A DNA stretch of 64,000 nt from a virus (IMGVR_UViG_2551306162_000001:30473-94472), one strand, 5' to 3'; positions 34,259-44,158 are shown, counted from the stretch's first letter. Notes: a model not told the origin generated them from the letters alone. Translations and numbers: made by a program.

Positions 34259-35395
34259 ACGCAGGCTGCCGCTGGCACGGCGCTGCTGCTTGGCCGCGGT
34301 CTTGATCACCGACTTCACCGCGGAGCTGGACCGGAAGTGCTCCGAAGACGCCATCCGCGACTCGCACAGTGCGTTGATCGCCTCGTCGACATCACCGGCC
34401 AGCAGGTGCGCGCGGGCGGTGTCGATCCAGAAGTAGGCTTGACGTTCCTTGGGGAACCCCTTCGGCATCCGCGTGCTGCGGGCGATCTCCATCGCGCGGC
34501 CGGGCTCGCCCAGGTCGACCTCGGCGCACAGCTGGTAGAGCGCCAGGTTGGTCGGACCGACGGGGGTGTCGTAGATGATGCGGTCGCCGCCGATGTGTGG
34601 CGCCATCTGCGCGGCCTCGCGCAGGTGTGAGCGGGAGGCGTCGGCCTGCCCGGTTGCGGCCGCGATGGTGCCGGCACGCATGTGAAGGATGGTGAACACT
34701 GCTCCGGCGGTGGCGTCTTCGTCGACGAGCGGTTCGATGTCGCCGAGGGTCTTCTCGATCAGCCGCAGAGCCTGCTTGGTGGCGCCGACGCGGGCCAGCG
34801 TGGCCGCCTTGACGTAGGCGACGGTGGCAAGGAGCAGCGGGTCGCCGGATCGTGTTGCGGCCCATTCCATCCGCTCGGTCGCGGTGAGGCTGAGGTCGGT
34901 GTATCCGAGCTTGTGCGCGACGGTGTTCGCGGCGCGGTAGGCGTCGGTGAGCAGGGTGTAGGCCGGCGCGCCGACGTCGTTGCCGGAGATGAGAAGCTGA
35001 TCGACGAGGTCAGGCAATGCGCCGATGATCTTGCGGTACTTGGTGTTCTTGCGCCACTCGGCGACCTGGGCGGACTGGAAGCGCAGGTCCTGGATCGGCC
35101 GCGGCTCGAGGTCGGGATCCATGAGGTCGGTCGCGGCGAGCGAGCGCCGCAGGACGGGCAGCACGTCGGCGAGGTCTGCGTAGTCCTCGGCGGTGCCGTA
35201 CAGCCGTGACGCGTCGATCGCGAGCGCGCTGGCGATGGCGCCGATCCAGGTGGTGGATGCGGACGCGTGGCCTTTCTCGACCTTGGACAGCATGGATCGT
35301 GATACGCCGGCCCGGCGCGCAAGTTGTTCCTGGGTGAGGCCGGCCAGGTTGCGGTACTTCGCGATGTTCTCGCCGACGTCGTCGCCCTGCTTCAT
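34226..35395 (-). CDS. XRE HTH regulator with helical/TPR-like C-terminus
   Basis: GLTQEQLARRAGVSRSMLSKVEKG; TAGTGT-N7-ATG. Confidence 0.85.
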   Translation of the reverse strand: MKQGDDVGENIAKYRNLAGLTQEQLARRAGVSRSMLSKVEKGHASASTTWIGAIASALAIDASRLYGTAEDYADLADVLPVLRRSLAATDLMDPDLEPRPIQDLRFQSAQVAEWRKNTKYRKIIGALPDLVDQLLISGNDVGAPAYTLLTDAYRAANTVAHKLGYTDLSLTATERMEWAATRSGDPLLLATVAYVKAATLARVGATKQALRLIEKTLGDIEPLVDEDATAGAVFTILHMRAGTIAAATGQADASRSHLREAAQMAPHIGGDRIIYDTPVGPTNLALYQLCAEVDLGEPGRAMEIARSTRMPKGFPKERQAYFWIDTARAHLLAGDVDEAINALCESRMASSEHFRSSSAVKSVIKTAAKQQRRASGSLRSLANAAGIAD

Positions 35396-35517
35396 GCCCT
35401 GCACACTACGCCTGTTCATTTTGAACAATCATTGAACAATCGAACGTTCACACGGTCGTAGCGTCATCTTCAACGCCTCGCCGGGGCATCGCACCCGGCC
35501 GCATCTGAGGGGATGGG

Positions 35518-35724
35518 ATGACAGCGATAGACGATACACAGCAGGCGGTGCTTGACGCGTTACGCCCGGGCGGACAGCTGTCTCTCTCGGCGCTCGCGGC
35601 CTCGGTCGAAAAGCCGCGGTGGCGTGTGTATCTGGCGGCGCGACGGTTGCGGCGCCGCGGTCTGGTGTGGCAGTACTTCTCCGGCCTGTGGGTCGCTAGC
35701 CCGACCGGCCAGGTCGCGCGATGA
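35518..35724 (+). CDS. small winged-HTH protein
   Basis: wHTH pattern ending RGLV. Confidence 0.5.
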   Translation: MTAIDDTQQAVLDALRPGGQLSLSALAASVEKPRWRVYLAARRLRRRGLVWQYFSGLWVASPTGQVAR

Positions 35725-35984
35725 GCACCCGCAAGGGGCCGAGCGCGTTGGAGCAGTGGATGCTCGCGATGGTCATCAAGTACTGCGACGAAGAACCCCA
35801 GTCGGCAGAGATGCTCGCGAAGCTCACGAACCACAGCGAGCCCCACACCAGGAAGCTGCTGAAGCGGCTGGCCGAGCAGCGGCTGGCGAGTCACGGCGGG
35901 CGCAACCAGTGGCGGCCGACCCTGGCCGGGCTGAACTATGCCGACCAGCACCCGTACCCGCGTCGGCAGGCAGCGGCTTCGTGA
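35721..35984 (+). CDS. small winged-HTH protein
   Basis: L..L....L....W.PT.AG. Confidence 0.5.
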   Translation: MSTRKGPSALEQWMLAMVIKYCDEEPQSAEMLAKLTNHSEPHTRKLLKRLAEQRLASHGGRNQWRPTLAGLNYADQHPYPRRQAAAS

Positions 35985-36352
35985 CCGACCCCGATCCGGA
36001 CACGAAGCCGCCGGTCGCGGTCGGCTACCAGCGGACCAGCTTCGCCGATCTGCGCTCGGCGCGCGAGCGCCGCGGGATGCGGGACCTGGCCGACCGGTAC
36101 GGCTACGTGTACGCGCGGACCGTGAACCCGGTCGGCGCCGAGCAGCCGGTCGCGGTGCTGCTCGCGATCATCGGCGAGCTGGAGGCCGAGGCGGTGTTCG
36201 TGCCGTCCCTCGAGGTGTTCGAGGGCGGCGCGATCCCCCAAGAGCTTTTCGAGGCGGTCGTCGACGTGAACGTCGTCGAGCCCGAACGAACCTACTCGCG
36301 GCGGTTCTCCGTCGGCGAGTCCGATTTCGGACTGTTGAGAGGAGGTGAGTAA
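35981..36352 (+). CDS. resolvase-N-like small protein
   Basis: AVGY.R...LA..YGY...AEAVFVPSL. Confidence 0.55.
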   Translation: MTDPDPDTKPPVAVGYQRTSFADLRSARERRGMRDLADRYGYVYARTVNPVGAEQPVAVLLAIIGELEAEAVFVPSLEVFEGGAIPQELFEAVVDVNVVEPERTYSRRFSVGESDFGLLRGGE

Positions 36353-36636
36353 CCCAGATGCAGCAGATCCTCGGGACTGCCGGGCCTGATGGCAACGCCG
36401 GCAACTCCAACGCCAGCTTCTTCGACGCGCGGCAGGAGGCGGCCTTCGGCCACTCCAGCTGCTCGAACACCCGCAAGTCGGCGGTGAGCGCGCACAACCC
36501 GGACGTGTCCCCGGAGTAGTTGCTTCACCCCCTGTTCTGCCCCGCAGCTTCCGTCACAAGTCGCGCGGGGTAGCGGCCCCCGGCATCCATGTGGTCATGG
36601 TGTCGGGGGTTCGCTGTCTGCGGGGTGGGGATAGCG

Positions 36637-36664
36637 AGAAGGCCCCGACGGATCGGGGCCTTCT
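36637..36664. terminator. stem-loop terminator between convergent genes
   Basis: AGAAGGCCCCGA-CGGA-TCGGGGCCTTCT. Confidence 0.6.
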
Positions 36665-36738
36665 GCTGGGTAAACCGCCCCCACGCGAGCCGAAGCTGTG
36701 TGTAGTGACCGGGACACGATACCCCGGCAGCTGGCCAG

Positions 36739-38106
36739 TTACGAGGCTGGCAGCTCAGGCCGCCCAATCTGGTTTGCGTCGTACAGCAGCCGTAGGAGCG
36801 CTTCGGTGATATCGACGCGTTTCGTAGGCAGGGTGAACTCGCCCCGGTAATTTCGGGTCTGGTCCGCCGCAGTCAGTTCCCAGGAACCACTGACTTCCTC
36901 AGCCTCTGGCGGGACATTGTTGAGCACGAGCAGCACGAAGTCGCCGGCGATCGGTGAGTAGCGACGGGGACGAACATCGGCGAGGTTCATGAACGCCGCG
37001 GCAGAATCATCGCGAGGATTCACGAGCCGGAACCCTTCAGGTATCTGAAAGTCACTGCGCCCGAGGCCCGCGATGGCAGGCCAGCCAGGCGTTGACCCGA
37101 GCAGCGGGGGGCGTGTGCCCCACGCAGGAGGCAGGTCCGGAAGAATGTCATCCACCGCGTCCTGTGCTTTCACTATGCCAGCTACACCGGACTGGAATTC
37201 GACCTCGATCTCCACCTCGCGCAAGTACGACTGACCATGGTTCACGATCTGCAGGTGCGGTCGCTCGGCTTTGCTCCAGATCACCGCGAGCAAGAACTCA
37301 CTCCACGACTTTTTGACTAGGTATTCCCAGTTATCGAGCTCCTCGTCGAACTCCGCGGCGCTGCGGTTGTCTACGCCCAGGTAGCCGAGTGAGCCGAACG
37401 CGCGGCCGCCCTGGGCGCGGGCGCTCCCTCGGGCGAGGTGTTTGCGTACGTCGTCGATCCACTGCTGCTTCAAGCCAGATGGATACTTGGCCCGGTATGC
37501 GGCGCCTGTGACCAAAACGTCAACGTTGGCATCCGGCGGGCCGCCCGCTCGCAGCCTAGCGACGAGGTCGTCGATCTCCGCTGCGTTCGCTTCCCGTGTC
37601 TCGCTGGTTGGGCGAACGTAGACTGCCCCGTTGCGGAGCAGCGGAGTGCTCTTGGTGCCGTCCGAGAATTCCTTCTGACATGCGTAGATGGTTGATCCGT
37701 GCTCAGGCGGGTCGACCATGATGATGAGGACGACCTTGGTTGTGCCCGCTACCGGGAGTTGCCGGATCTCCCATCCAGGTTTGCTGCCGAATCCGGTGTA
37801 CTGGCCGACGCGGCTACGCAGGTCCTTCTCGTCGATCTGGGCGACGCCGTCGATTGATCCGTGTGCAACGCCGATCACCATGAGTGCGTGGCCGGCGAAG
37901 TACTTCGCCGCGACGTCCGGCATGCGGTTGGACGCACCCAGGATGTACTTCGCGACCTTCGCCTGACCGCTCTTCGTTGTGACGTCGACGTCGCTCTTGG
38001 CCTCTAGGTAGTGGGTCTCGGTCCTGTCGCCGTTGTCTCGGATGTACTCGACGATCTCCCACAGTTGCCTGTCACCCTTGGGGTAGACGGTGAGGTCAAG
38101 GTCCAT
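36739..38106 (-). CDS. Schlafen/AlbA_2-like domain protein (moron)
   Basis: ETHYLEAK...ILGASN...MVIGV...YVR; atypical codon usage; TACGAT-N6-ATG. Confidence 0.7.
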   Translation of the reverse strand: MDLDLTVYPKGDRQLWEIVEYIRDNGDRTETHYLEAKSDVDVTTKSGQAKVAKYILGASNRMPDVAAKYFAGHALMVIGVAHGSIDGVAQIDEKDLRSRVGQYTGFGSKPGWEIRQLPVAGTTKVVLIIMVDPPEHGSTIYACQKEFSDGTKSTPLLRNGAVYVRPTSETREANAAEIDDLVARLRAGGPPDANVDVLVTGAAYRAKYPSGLKQQWIDDVRKHLARGSARAQGGRAFGSLGYLGVDNRSAAEFDEELDNWEYLVKKSWSEFLLAVIWSKAERPHLQIVNHGQSYLREVEIEVEFQSGVAGIVKAQDAVDDILPDLPPAWGTRPPLLGSTPGWPAIAGLGRSDFQIPEGFRLVNPRDDSAAAFMNLADVRPRRYSPIAGDFVLLVLNNVPPEAEEVSGSWELTAADQTRNYRGEFTLPTKRVDITEALLRLLYDANQIGRPELPAS

Positions 38107-38148
38107 CACACGATCGTAAACATCGCCACCGACACGCACGATCGAGTT

Positions 38149-38562
38149 TCACCTCGGAGAGTGGTCCCACACAGGGATTCCGGCGGCGCGGGCGTGCCGC
38201 ATGCAGTGCTGGGTGCTGATCGACTTGCCGAGTGGGAACGCCAGGCACAGGTCGGCGCCGAGCCGGATCATCTCGAGGTTGCGGCGCGGGCCGGCGGCCG
38301 GGCAGTACGGGGTTCCGTCGCGGCGATACCGCGGCGCGTGCTTGCAAGCAGGGTCGCAGTGCTCCCAGTCGGCCGGATGCGGCTCGAGCGGCAGACCAGC
38401 GCTCCCCCAGATGTCCGCCGCGATCGAGTCGGCGCCCTCGGCCGCCCCGTGTACGAGGATGATCGGGCCCGGTTGCAGGTGACGCCACGCCGCGGCGAGC
38501 GCGTCCCGGATGACCTGCCGATCGGTCCAGTCCCGCGAGCCGGTGACCAGCAGTCGTTTCAC
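38149..38562 (-). CDS. DUF2493/YspA-like SLOG protein
   Basis: LVTGSRDW, VHGAAEGAD, AGPRRN. Confidence 0.85.
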   Translation of the reverse strand: MKRLLVTGSRDWTDRQVIRDALAAAWRHLQPGPIILVHGAAEGADSIAADIWGSAGLPLEPHPADWEHCDPACKHAPRYRRDGTPYCPAAGPRRNLEMIRLGADLCLAFPLGKSISTQHCMRHARAAGIPVWDHSPR

Positions 38563-38891
38563 GCGAGGGCCACCACGTATTGCCAGTCCTGCACGTCCAC
38601 GCTGCTCACCGCATGGCCAGCGTCAGCCAGTGCCGCCGCGACCCGCGCGCCGGTCTTGAGCGCCTGCGCGATCGTGGCGAGGTCATCGAGTTCCACGACG
38701 ACATTGGCGTCCGGCGGTGAGGCCCACGGCTTACCCGCTGGCTGGTGCACGACAGAGGTGCGCCCGCCGAAGGGCTCGACCACCGGCCGGACGCGAGCGT
38801 CGAGTTCTTCCAGGTGACCGAGGGTTTCGACGTCGTTCCACCGATCGATCGTCTCGTCGGGTTCCACGAAGAGGCGAATGCTGACGGTCAT
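38559..38891 (-). CDS. hypothetical protein
   Basis: 4-bp overlap. Confidence 0.5.
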   Translation of the reverse strand: MTVSIRLFVEPDETIDRWNDVETLGHLEELDARVRPVVEPFGGRTSVVHQPAGKPWASPPDANVVVELDDLATIAQALKTGARVAAALADAGHAVSSVDVQDWQYVVALA

Positions 38892-38901
38892 AGCGATCTG
38901 C

Positions 38902-39687
38902 CTACACGAGGATGCCCGCGGCGGTAGCCGCCTGGACCCAGGTGTGCCATTCGTCGACCATGGCGTCGGCGAAGGCGAGGTCGGTGATGCCGGCGGGGTC
39001 GAGGATCTGTTTGGCGTCGAGGTTGTCGATCAGGCCGGGCACCTCAAGGTCGTCCATGCTGTCCCAGTACGGCGCGTTGACGAGCGTCAGGACCTTCACG
39101 AACACGGGGTACCGCTTCAGCTCCTGCAGGATGCGGGTGACCTGCGGCCGGTCGGTCGGGTCGTCGTCGGTCACGATCACCACGTACAGCGGCGCGGTCG
39201 TGGTCTTCGCCATGTCGAGCACGACCTCCAGAGCCGCGGCGAGGTAGGTGCCGCCCATCTGGTTCGGGCGGAAGATGTCGCGGTCGACGACGCCGGCGTA
39301 GTTGTCGAGGGTGACCTCGACGGTCGGCCAGACGCGGGAGTCGAACGGGATAACCGGGATCCGGCCGTCGCCGTCGATCTGCAACGCGAAGGCGAGGGCG
39401 CGGTCGACGAGCTGCTGCACCATGCCGCGCCGGTAGCCGGAGTCCATGGAGTAGGAGTGGTCGAGGATCATGGCGGCCTCGGCGCGGACTCCGTCGAGAC
39501 CGGCCTTGGACAGCGAGATGCCCGCCTTGTCGAACTTCTTTGCCAGGTCGACCCCGGCGGCGGCGACGGTCGTGCGGGAGACGGCGGGGCCGGTGCCTTT
39601 GGTGAGGGTGACGGTGCGGGCCGCGGCCTGCACGCTGGCGGCGACTTCGGCGGTGGCCTGGGGGCGGGTGCGGGTGAAGATGCCCAT
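38902..39687 (-). CDS. vWA (TerF-like) domain protein
   Basis: MIDAS DHSYS, MGGT, VTD, DNLD. Confidence 0.8.
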   Translation of the reverse strand: MGIFTRTRPQATAEVAASVQAAARTVTLTKGTGPAVSRTTVAAAGVDLAKKFDKAGISLSKAGLDGVRAEAAMILDHSYSMDSGYRRGMVQQLVDRALAFALQIDGDGRIPVIPFDSRVWPTVEVTLDNYAGVVDRDIFRPNQMGGTYLAAALEVVLDMAKTTTAPLYVVIVTDDDPTDRPQVTRILQELKRYPVFVKVLTLVNAPYWDSMDDLEVPGLIDNLDAKQILDPAGITDLAFADAMVDEWHTWVQAATAAGILV

Positions 39688-39689
39688 GG

Positions 39690-39932
39690 TCAGGTGCTCC
39701 GTTCGGTGGGGTGGTCGAGGACGGTGAGGACGGCGTCGGCGAGCTGGTAGCAGTCGATCGCGGCTTCGCCGTCGTAGCCGGCGTTCGAGTCGATGCCGAC
39801 GGATCCGCCGCCGTCCATGCCGCATCGGCCGAGCTGGTGGAGCATGTTGATGCTCAGCGCGTGCGCGATGCACTCGCGCCGGAACGCGGGGTCCTTCAGG
39901 TCTTCGGCGAGGTCGTCCCAGAACACGCTCAC
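39690..39932 (-). CDS. hypothetical protein
   Basis: Operonic packing. Confidence 0.45.
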   Translation of the reverse strand: MSVFWDDLAEDLKDPAFRRECIAHALSINMLHQLGRCGMDGGGSVGIDSNAGYDGEAAIDCYQLADAVLTVLDHPTERST

Positions 39933-39938
39933 GGCGGC

Positions 39939-40493
39939 CTACCCGTAGGTGCAGTTGAGGTGCCAGCCGGGTTCGGCGTCGCCGACGTCCAGGCCGAGCA
40001 GTTCGACGAACCGCGCGAGCTGGCCGCGCCATTCCGGCTGCTCCACCAGCGGGTTCAGGCGTGTGGAGCTCCACCCATACACGTGCTGAACCGACGCCTT
40101 GATACGGACGGCGTACTGCGGGTCGCCGCCGTCGCATCCGTAGGAGTCGAGCTCGACCGGGACCGTGGCGAGTAGTTCGCGCCTGCGGTCTCGGCTGGCT
40201 GACCACGCCTGGTAGTCCGGCGAGGTCTCCTGGAACGTCTGCTGGCGGTCGCGGATCGTCTTCTCGGCGAGCTCGCGTGCCTCGCGCGGGAGTCGCCACA
40301 GCTCCTGACGCCCGTCTGGGTAGTCGGCCGGGAACGGGACTTCGATCCAGCCGAGGCGGCGGGCGAGTTCGTCTTCCCAGTCCTCGTCGTCCTGCATCCA
40401 CTGGGGTTCGTTGGTGGTGTCGGTGTCGTAGTTGTACTCGGGTTCGGGGAGGTCGTAGCCGAAGTACACGTCGGCTGAGGGGCTGCTACCCAT
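39939..40493 (-). CDS. hypothetical protein
   Basis: RBS GGAGG. Confidence 0.55.
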   Translation of the reverse strand: MGSSPSADVYFGYDLPEPEYNYDTDTTNEPQWMQDDEDWEDELARRLGWIEVPFPADYPDGRQELWRLPREARELAEKTIRDRQQTFQETSPDYQAWSASRDRRRELLATVPVELDSYGCDGGDPQYAVRIKASVQHVYGWSSTRLNPLVEQPEWRGQLARFVELLGLDVGDAEPGWHLNCTYG

Positions 40494-40797
40494 GGTGTCC
40501 TCCGAGGGGTTCGTCCTTGTAGGTGCGGGTGCCGTAGAAGTCCCGCTCGCTGGGCGCCAGCGAGTCGAGCGCCCAGTTGAAGATGTCGCAGATGGTCTGC
40601 ATCGCCTCGGCGTCCTTCTCGTCGTAGAACGCGCCAAGCTCGCCGGTGCCGCCACCGTCCCAGTTGATGGCCATGATCGGGCGGGAGCCGTCGCCGGGTT
40701 TCGATCCGGCGGGCCACCACACGCACAGGCGGCCACCGTCATTGGCTTTCGCCCACGCGAGGGCGCGCTGAGCCATCTCGGGGTGGATGTCGGTCAT
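40486..40797 (-). CDS. hypothetical protein
   Basis: Operonic packing. Confidence 0.5.
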   Translation of the reverse strand: MTDIHPEMAQRALAWAKANDGGRLCVWWPAGSKPGDGSRPIMAINWDGGGTGELGAFYDEKDAEAMQTICDIFNWALDSLAPSERDFYGTRTYKDEPLGGHHG

Positions 40798-41091
40798 TCG
40801 GTTGGTCTCCATTCGCCCTGGGTGCTGGTCCAGAGGCGTTGTAGTGGTCGGCCGGTGAACGCGGCGACGTCGCGGGCCTCTTCCTCGTCCGAGGTTTCGA
40901 TGATGGCGAGGCCGTGTTCGTCGCGGACCGACCAGAGGTTGGTGGGCTGCCAGTCCGCCATGACGGTCATGCGTCGTCGTCCTGGTTGCGGCGGGTGAGT
41001 AGTTCGGTGGCCCAGCGGCGGCGATCGGCTATCTGCTGGTCGGTGAGGTGCACGCGCTCGGGCTGCATGTCTTCCTCGGTGAGTGCGGACA

Positions 41092-41664
41092 TCAGCGCTC
41101 CCCGATGTTCGGGAAATTGCCGGATTCCGTGTCGCGCGGAATCGGCGAGTTTCCCGAACATTCCAGGTCAGAGCGGCGGAACGCGCGCGGCTTCACCGCG
41201 GCCTCGGCCAGCTTCGGCGCCGGGTCAGCCTGGTCGCCCTCGGCCATCAGCTTGTCGAACTGGTCGGCGGGCAACACGATCGGCGCGCACTCGTACTCGG
41301 CGATGGCCTGTTCCACGAGCAGCAGCGCGCTCTCGTAGTCGTCGCTGACGGCGATCAGCTCCAGCGCCTGGTACACGGCGGGCGCGTTCGGGAGGGCGCG
41401 CAGTGGGCCGGCGACGTGGTCCTCGATCAGCTCAGACACAATCCACGCGGCATCAGGGAGGACCGAGATCCTGCGGTCCTCGAGCGCCCACTTCAGGTAG
41501 ACCGCGGCCTTGCGGAGGTCTTCGACGCCGTTCTTCTCGCGGTGCCGCCAGATGTACTTGAAGGCATTCCCGGCGCAGAACGTCATGTGCCGCGTGATCG
41601 CGATGCATTCGCAGGTGAACCGCGACTGCGTGTAGTGCGCGGGGTGATTCACAACGTCGGTCAT
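41092..41664 (-). CDS. DUF3310 (SaV-like) protein
   Basis: VNHPAHY...F..GNAFKYIWR...KNGVEDLRKA. Confidence 0.85.
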   Translation of the reverse strand: MTDVVNHPAHYTQSRFTCECIAITRHMTFCAGNAFKYIWRHREKNGVEDLRKAAVYLKWALEDRRISVLPDAAWIVSELIEDHVAGPLRALPNAPAVYQALELIAVSDDYESALLLVEQAIAEYECAPIVLPADQFDKLMAEGDQADPAPKLAEAAVKPRAFRRSDLECSGNSPIPRDTESGNFPNIGER

Positions 41665-41673
41665 CGGGTCCTC

Positions 41674-41901
41674 CTAGCAGCCTCGCCGCTGGGTCTTGCG
41701 GGCTTTGCGGGCGGCGCGGTTGCGGGCGCGCCGGCGGGCCTTCTCGGCGTCGGGGACGGTGCCCTGGTAGACGTGCTTGCCCTGGAGGGCGAACAGGCTC
41801 GCGCGCGCGTACGGGGTGCCGAGCAGCGGTTCACGCTCGACGGCCGGCCGGAACTGCGCGGGGATGATCTGCATCAGGCCGCGGCCGATGGAGGTGGTCA
41901 T
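41674..41901 (-). CDS. small basic phage protein
   Basis: HVYQGTV...RRARNRAARKARK. Confidence 0.6.
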   Translation of the reverse strand: MTTSIGRGLMQIIPAQFRPAVEREPLLGTPYARASLFALQGKHVYQGTVPDAEKARRRARNRAARKARKTQRRGC

Positions 41902-41916
41902 GCGAGGGTCTCCTGG

Positions 41917-42117
41917 TCAGGCGACTTCGAGGACGAGCGAGGCGATGGAGTCGAGGATGTCGGCGACGGATTCGCGGCACTGCCGGCTCTTTCCGTCGAC
42001 CTGGACGATGGTCCGGTCGGGGTCGTCGGGGTCGGCCGCGATCACGCTGACCTGGCTGGCGCGCACGTACACCGGGTCGCCCTCGTCGTCGGTGAGGTGC
42101 AGGAAGGCGTCATTCAT
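41917..42117 (-). CDS. hypothetical protein
   Basis: 4-bp overlap. Confidence 0.5.
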   Translation of the reverse strand: MNDAFLHLTDDEGDPVYVRASQVSVIAADPDDPDRTIVQVDGKSRQCRESVADILDSIASLVLEVA

Positions 42118-43418
42118 GCTGTGTGGTCTCCTGAGGTGAATCGGATTGCGGTCGCATCGGCGGTGCCGAGTTCCTGCCAGCCCTCGCCTTGTGGGTCCTC
42201 GCGCCACAACCGGACGGTGACGTCCTGCGGCCGAATCGGCAGCCGCGGTCGCTGCGGCCGGTACACCCAGCGACGGGTGACCGTGTCGTACGCGGCGCGC
42301 TCGTAGGTGACGGTGTTCAGCTCGACCGTGGGGGACGGGTTCTGGAAGTCGAGCGGCGAGAACCTGGCCGGAGCCACGGTTTCCACGCGCTCGACGTTGA
42401 CCTCTACGGAACGCCCGTGCGCGTGCCCGCCCTCCATCACTCCCCCGACAGGCTTCGGCACCCATTGGGCAGTCACTGGATACCGGTCGGCCATAGCTTC
42501 CGAAGGCGTCGGCGTACCGGAGCTGACGGCCGTTTCAGAGAGGTGAATCACGACACCGGGGAAGCGCTCTCGGGCGGCGCGCTGCAGCACGGCTCGCAGT
42601 TGCAGCGCGACGATGTCGCTCCGCAGCCAGGTGCCACCACTGACTTGAACGGTGCATCGCAGGTTTTGCAGCGCGGCGACGCCCGCCATGTCCAGGACGC
42701 CGTGCATCGGCCGCCACACGCCAGCGGATGGTGGTGTGGCGGTGTAGATCTCCATCCACGGCCGCCCGCCGGGCTCGACACCGCGTTTCCAGGGGTTCGG
42801 GTTCTCCCGGTCCGCGTAGAGTTCGATTGTCTCGCGGCCGGTGCGCAGAACCCAGTGATGGTTCCAGAACCCGACACGGGCGGGAGAGTCGAGGGCTTCG
42901 AGCTCGTGCTGCATGAGGTCAACCACGTTGGCGCGCAGGCCGGTGGTGTCGTCGCAGCGCCACCAGCGCGGTTCGCCGGCCACCGGCCCCTCGTCCAGGC
43001 CGAGCGGGTCGGCGGGCAGCGACCGGAACGTCCACGGTGCCCACGGGTTCGTCGGGCTCGGGCGAAGGTAGTTGTCGGTGTACGAGCGGGGGTACTCGAA
43101 CGCTGGCGGGATCACGCCTCCGTCGTCGAACCCCGGGGACGGTTGGGCGGGTGGCGTGAATTCGCCGTCGAAGGTCGATCCGGGGCAGACGACGGGGCTG
43201 GTGTCGTCGGCGTACCGGTATTCGGGGTCGACGTAGCCGAGGCGGCGCATGAGCTGCATGCGGCGGGTGATGGCGAGGCCGTGCCAGTCGGCGTGGCACC
43301 ACGGGTGGGGGCAGGTGGTCTGGTTGACGTTGTGGTCGTAGCCGGACCGGTTGTCGTACTGGGACATCTGCCAGTCGACGAGTTCGTCGATCTCGTCCAC
43401 GATGTCGCGGTCAGGCAT
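42114..43418 (-). CDS. large mosaic hypothetical protein
   Basis: DIVDEIDELVD...CPH.C..DWHGL...CPGS. Confidence 0.55.
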   Translation of the reverse strand: MPDRDIVDEIDELVDWQMSQYDNRSGYDHNVNQTTCPHPWCHADWHGLAITRRMQLMRRLGYVDPEYRYADDTSPVVCPGSTFDGEFTPPAQPSPGFDDGGVIPPAFEYPRSYTDNYLRPSPTNPWAPWTFRSLPADPLGLDEGPVAGEPRWWRCDDTTGLRANVVDLMQHELEALDSPARVGFWNHHWVLRTGRETIELYADRENPNPWKRGVEPGGRPWMEIYTATPPSAGVWRPMHGVLDMAGVAALQNLRCTVQVSGGTWLRSDIVALQLRAVLQRAARERFPGVVIHLSETAVSSGTPTPSEAMADRYPVTAQWVPKPVGGVMEGGHAHGRSVEVNVERVETVAPARFSPLDFQNPSPTVELNTVTYERAAYDTVTRRWVYRPQRPRLPIRPQDVTVRLWREDPQGEGWQELGTADATAIRFTSGDHTA

Positions 43419-43743
43419 CCCCGACCTCCTCGACGGTGGTCCCGTCCGGCACTTCGAGGATCAGTGCGGGGTCACCAGCGCGGTCTGGGCGCTCAGCGAA
43501 CCGGATCGGGTAGGTCCAGCGAGGGTCGGAGTGCAGAACAGACAGGACCCATTCGGCGTCGGTTACTGGCGTCGCGCCGCAGAACTCAGCCGCGACCGCC
43601 AGCTGGGCGCCGGAGGGCGCGGTGAGCAGGATCGTGACGACCTTCCGCCAGGCGTTGAACTCCTCGCGGAAGTAGCCTTCCAGTTCGACAAGGTCATCGG
43701 ACGCACCGTAGATCCGCAGCATGCACAGTTCGCGGTCAGGCAT
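43411..43743 (-). CDS. hypothetical protein
   Basis: IYGASDDLVE motif. Confidence 0.55.
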   Translation of the reverse strand: MPDRELCMLRIYGASDDLVELEGYFREEFNAWRKVVTILLTAPSGAQLAVAAEFCGATPVTDAEWVLSVLHSDPRWTYPIRFAERPDRAGDPALILEVPDGTTVEEVGDA

Positions 43744-44158
43744 CGGCGTCACCGTCCAGCCAGGCCCGCACCGCGGTGAAGTCCACCGGGGTGCGACCGG
43801 GACCTTCGACAACGAAGCTGACATCCTCGATCTGGCTGGGCGAGATGTAGCAGTCGAAGGACAGCACCGACGAGAGACGGGCGAGGTCGTAGCCGAAGCT
43901 TGCCCACACGCGGGCTTCCGGCGTGCCGTTCATCCGTGCGCGTACCTGGTCCGCGAGTTCCCCGACGACGAACATGCGGGTGATACGCCAGCCTGGGATG
44001 TTGGCCGCGCATTCGTCGAGGGTCGACACGGTCCCGAATTTGGTTGGGTCTTCGACCCACGCCTTGTACATCCACGGCGTCATGCCGAGGTATTCGCGCA
44101 GGGATCGTGGGTCGTCGCCGTCGTGCCACTTTCCCACAAGGTCGTCGAGGTCAGGCAT
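43736..44158 (-). CDS. hypothetical protein
   Basis: WH....L.EYLGMT...Y..W. Confidence 0.55.
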   Translation of the reverse strand: MPDLDDLVGKWHDGDDPRSLREYLGMTPWMYKAWVEDPTKFGTVSTLDECAANIPGWRITRMFVVGELADQVRARMNGTPEARVWASFGYDLARLSSVLSFDCYISPSQIEDVSFVVEGPGRTPVDFTAVRAWLDGDADA

